Source: Candidatus Omnitrophota bacterium (lineage in GTDB: Bacteria > Omnitrophota > Gorgyraeia > Zapsychrales > Zapsychraceae). From it: DNA of 64,000 bases. Position numbers and translations under genes: made by a program. Location: assembly GCA_029261065.1 (NCBI GenBank), contig JAJDCB010000009.1, forward strand, positions 33,625 through 97,624, in the 5' to 3' direction. Positions 62,501 through 64,000 of the stretch are shown one piece after another; the stretch's first letter is position 1; each line of letters starts with the position of its first letter. The notes under the pieces were generated by a model. That model was not told the origin of the DNA. It ran no database searches and saw only the letters and a program-made list of their open reading frames with translations.

Positions 62501-64000
62501 CTTTTGTACGCGAATCTCCAAATTTTGTTGCACTTAACGATTCAAAATCAACCATACCACCAAATAAACTTCGTGAGTATTGAGAGAATTCTGTTTCATC
62601 AAATCCAATGCTGTAGTTACCCCATTTCGCTTCAGATTTATCCCACTCAACGAGGACAAAGAGATTGCCTTGGGTATTAGTCGCATCATAATCGATATTT
62701 CCATCATCGCCGTATACAGGATAATACTCATCAGGATCTAGATTTCTAAAAAGTTCTTTACGTTTACGATTGCTATCAAAACTGGATGTAATCAAATATT
62801 TACCAAGAACCTTACCCTTTAAGTAATACGCTAGCTGACCTTCAGACCAGAAGCCATTTGTGAATTTCTCATCTTGTTCAACAACTTCGATGTTACCTCG
62901 CGTAAAGGTATAACCCATCTTTGCATCACCCATCGCGACAAAGAAGACACGATCTTCGCCAATTTTGAGTGGTCGGTTAAATGTTGAATATTTTCTTGTA
63001 TCTGAAGTCAAACTGGAAACATCCGTTAATGCCGCTAATCCACCCTCATCATAAACAAGACCTTCTTCATCCCCGTCTGGAATCTGCTGGACTTGTAAGA
63101 TGTAATCGCCTTTTGGCAAGATGACATCGACTTTATTTAAATCATCTGTTGCTTGGCGAAGATCGCCATCAATTAATTCGCGAGCTGTTAAAGCCTTAGC
63201 TTTCGTGACGGGGACATCAACAAATAACTGCCCATCTTTTATGACCCGAATACTCTTAAGGTTCGTTTGATTGCGATCAATAAATACGGTTTCCCCTTCA
63301 ACAAAAATGTTTTGAAGACGCACACTATTTACCGTCGATTGCCCCTTGGCCCATTGTGGATATTTTTCTCGTCTTGCATCTGTTGCTTCTATAAACTCCT
63401 CGTATTCTTCCTTTTCTTCAATCTCTCTAAAGTTTAAGAGTTGTGGTTTAGTTTCATCCCATTTACCCTTTGCATCTTCAACATATAGTAAGTATTGATA
63501 ATTGCGATCCGTTCGAACATACTCACCCGTCGCATCACGGCCATCCCATAGGATTGGATCATGAATATTTAAACGATTACCATCAAACTTACGGATGAGC
63601 CTATTAGTATCGCGATCAACGATTTCGAGTTTCCAATATTCTATAAAGGAAGCATAGTTGGTAAAAACCTTAAACTCGAGGGCTTCAACGGGGACATCTT
63701 CGTAAAGCACGAGTTCTTCATTAAAGAGACTTGTGTGCAATCGTGGTTTAGGACGTTTATCTTCTTGGACAACACTGACATCTTCTGTAAAGAACTGTAA
63801 GTTTTTATCTTGAGATATATCGTAATCTACATTGACACCAAAGTTCACCTTAGCCGTTAACCCTTTGGTGATATCAACGATGACAACTTTATTGGTGGTT
63901 AAATAACTTCCTTCGGGCAATGTTCGTTCATCTAATCTAAAGAGATGTCGTCCTGGTGTTAAGGCTGGAACACTAAAGCGTCCTTTCTGGTCTGTTGTAA
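59580..64000 (-). CDS. Giant outer-membrane beta-barrel protein with N-terminal Ig-like domains and C-terminal TPR-like tail; 5' end outside the window
   Basis: Frame stays open beyond 63920 to the edge (TTDQKGRFSVPALTPGRHLFRLDERTLPEG, SdrD-B-like). Followed by a WDG Ig-like domain, [32 protein letters not shown] and several hundred residues of alternating beta-strands. Confidence 0.8.
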   Translation of the reverse strand, partial: TTDQKGRFSVPALTPGRHLFRLDERTLPEGSYLTTNKVVIVDITKGLTAKVNFGVNVDYDISQDKNLQFFTEDVSVVQEDKRPKPRLHTSLFNEELVLYEDVPVEALEFKVFTNYASFIEYWKLEIVDRDTNRLIRKFDGNRLNIHDPILWDGRDATGEYVRTDRNYQYLLYVEDAKGKWDETKPQLLNFREIEEKEEYEEFIEATDARREKYPQWAKGQSTVNSVRLQNIFVEGETVFIDRNQTNLKSIRVIKDGQLFVDVPVTKAKALTARELIDGDLRQATDDLNKVDVILPKGDYILQVQQIPDGDEEGLVYDEGGLAALTDVSSLTSDTRKYSTFNRPLKIGEDRVFFVAMGDAKMGYTFTRGNIEVVEQDEKFTNGFWSEGQLAYYLKGKVLGKYLITSSFDSNRKRKELFRNLDPDEYYPVYGDDGNIDYDATNTQGNLFVLVEWDKSEAKWGNYSIGFDETEFSQYSRSLFGGMVDFESLSATKFGDSRTKVVAFHARTQQKSAHNEFLATGGSLYFLKHKDVIEGSDKVLIEVRDKITGLVVSSREMKEGADYEMDYNSGRILFWRPVPILVDTYSIISNDLLDGNLVYVITDYQYEVNEKLDESTAGTRVRQALSDNVIAGVTYVSETQDQTDYELRGTDVTVRLSEDASVTAEYAETVSESQGTFISTDGGLSFAELKTSEISSGSAYGIKGDARLFNRLGVSSYYKWIGNDFSSAATTSQQGKELSGFEVVYDLAEKTRLSARHDIQSLIHDGNAQTQLQLGAFKTSTSIVQVVHEIRDLKLTGEYQRQVTKSRIDKFDSQSEEIEDSLAIRGDYTVSDKLELSIEQQMTIHGAKNNQTTLGAIVKPTESITIEAKEVIATSGTATELDVTADVSERLSLTGGYAITTDKAGNVEKTSTMGAEAKISDEVEVRTSVTTDKAGQRTTTLGVGASKQVDEKTSVNTNIEMAKSVDDSSTTLSFGGDSQINDKTTTTSQFDLTDSKTEGRSSAMSFGSSSRLTQDLRVATNRAFGQTPEANTTDSTYSLIREKNGKKLEGSLTRAYSEGDKDITSSNIYGLSGDIDDRWAFSGSYERGEVQSHDGSESDRDVVSLGMGYSHTDEETGKALSSSTKLEARFDDGEENKRQYLVFSSVEGKLSSELTVFSKIEISKTRNETAGRYEAKHKELIIGAAYRPIYHDRLNILSRYTYLEERSPEGQEDKSDIEEESAHVMAVDVIYDLTDKWQVTEKFAYRIGEEKVTGFDFTKTHTWLMIHRLNYKIDSDWTIGSEFRILDVEEARDQKRGFLIEGARRVGEFAQIGIGYNFTEFDDDLTHLDYASEGPFMRITGSLYDQTQEEKDRNKQRWLQEKIAYWAWIMVDDELSRDDSPILYELNSYFVLAQKAHKDGRLEESQQIYRDIIMAGQMMFAEAAQYIQGQIDKEEKLKEMSTLADQYYKNGQYDKAKKILEKILEEVQGPMVE

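Noticed and set aside
7123-62731. Many other 60-140 aa ORFs nested in or antisense to long genes
   Set aside because: All overlap well-supported genes and show no recognisable motifs.
63918-63920. TTG start assigned to the 1446-aa ORF
   Set aside because: The frame is open to the window edge with plausible domain sequence and there is no signal peptide at this TTG, so the true start is upstream.

Overview
AT-rich bacterial chromosomal segment from a diderm, LPS-making organism. Gene content and order suggest Candidatus Omnitrophota (PVC superphylum), but this is inference only. Nearly all genes lie on the minus strand. Left to right the window holds: (1) lipid A/core genes waaA and lpxK plus two unusual fusions (LpxL-ELM1/GtrOC1 and GT4-GT9); (2) xerC-topA-dprA-aroK, pilD, aroE, leuA, ilvC, pfkA, ahcY, metK and a regulatory PTS/yvcK cluster; (3) three tRNAs and frr-pyrH-tsf-rpsB; (4) msbA divergent from a gnnA-like gene and lpxB; (5) a secreted 22-Cys protein and a complete MoxR-DUF58-Bat operon; (6) a GH161-like glucan phosphorylase; (7) an ~18 kb run of envelope genes. 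That run ends in a 1535-aa exported protein of isolated TPR modules joined by coiled coils, and a truncated giant beta-barrel with Ig-like domains, a SprA-like motif and a TPR tail. This last locus is the best candidate for an undescribed secretion or surface-assembly system. No CRISPR array, prophage, transposase or rRNA was seen.
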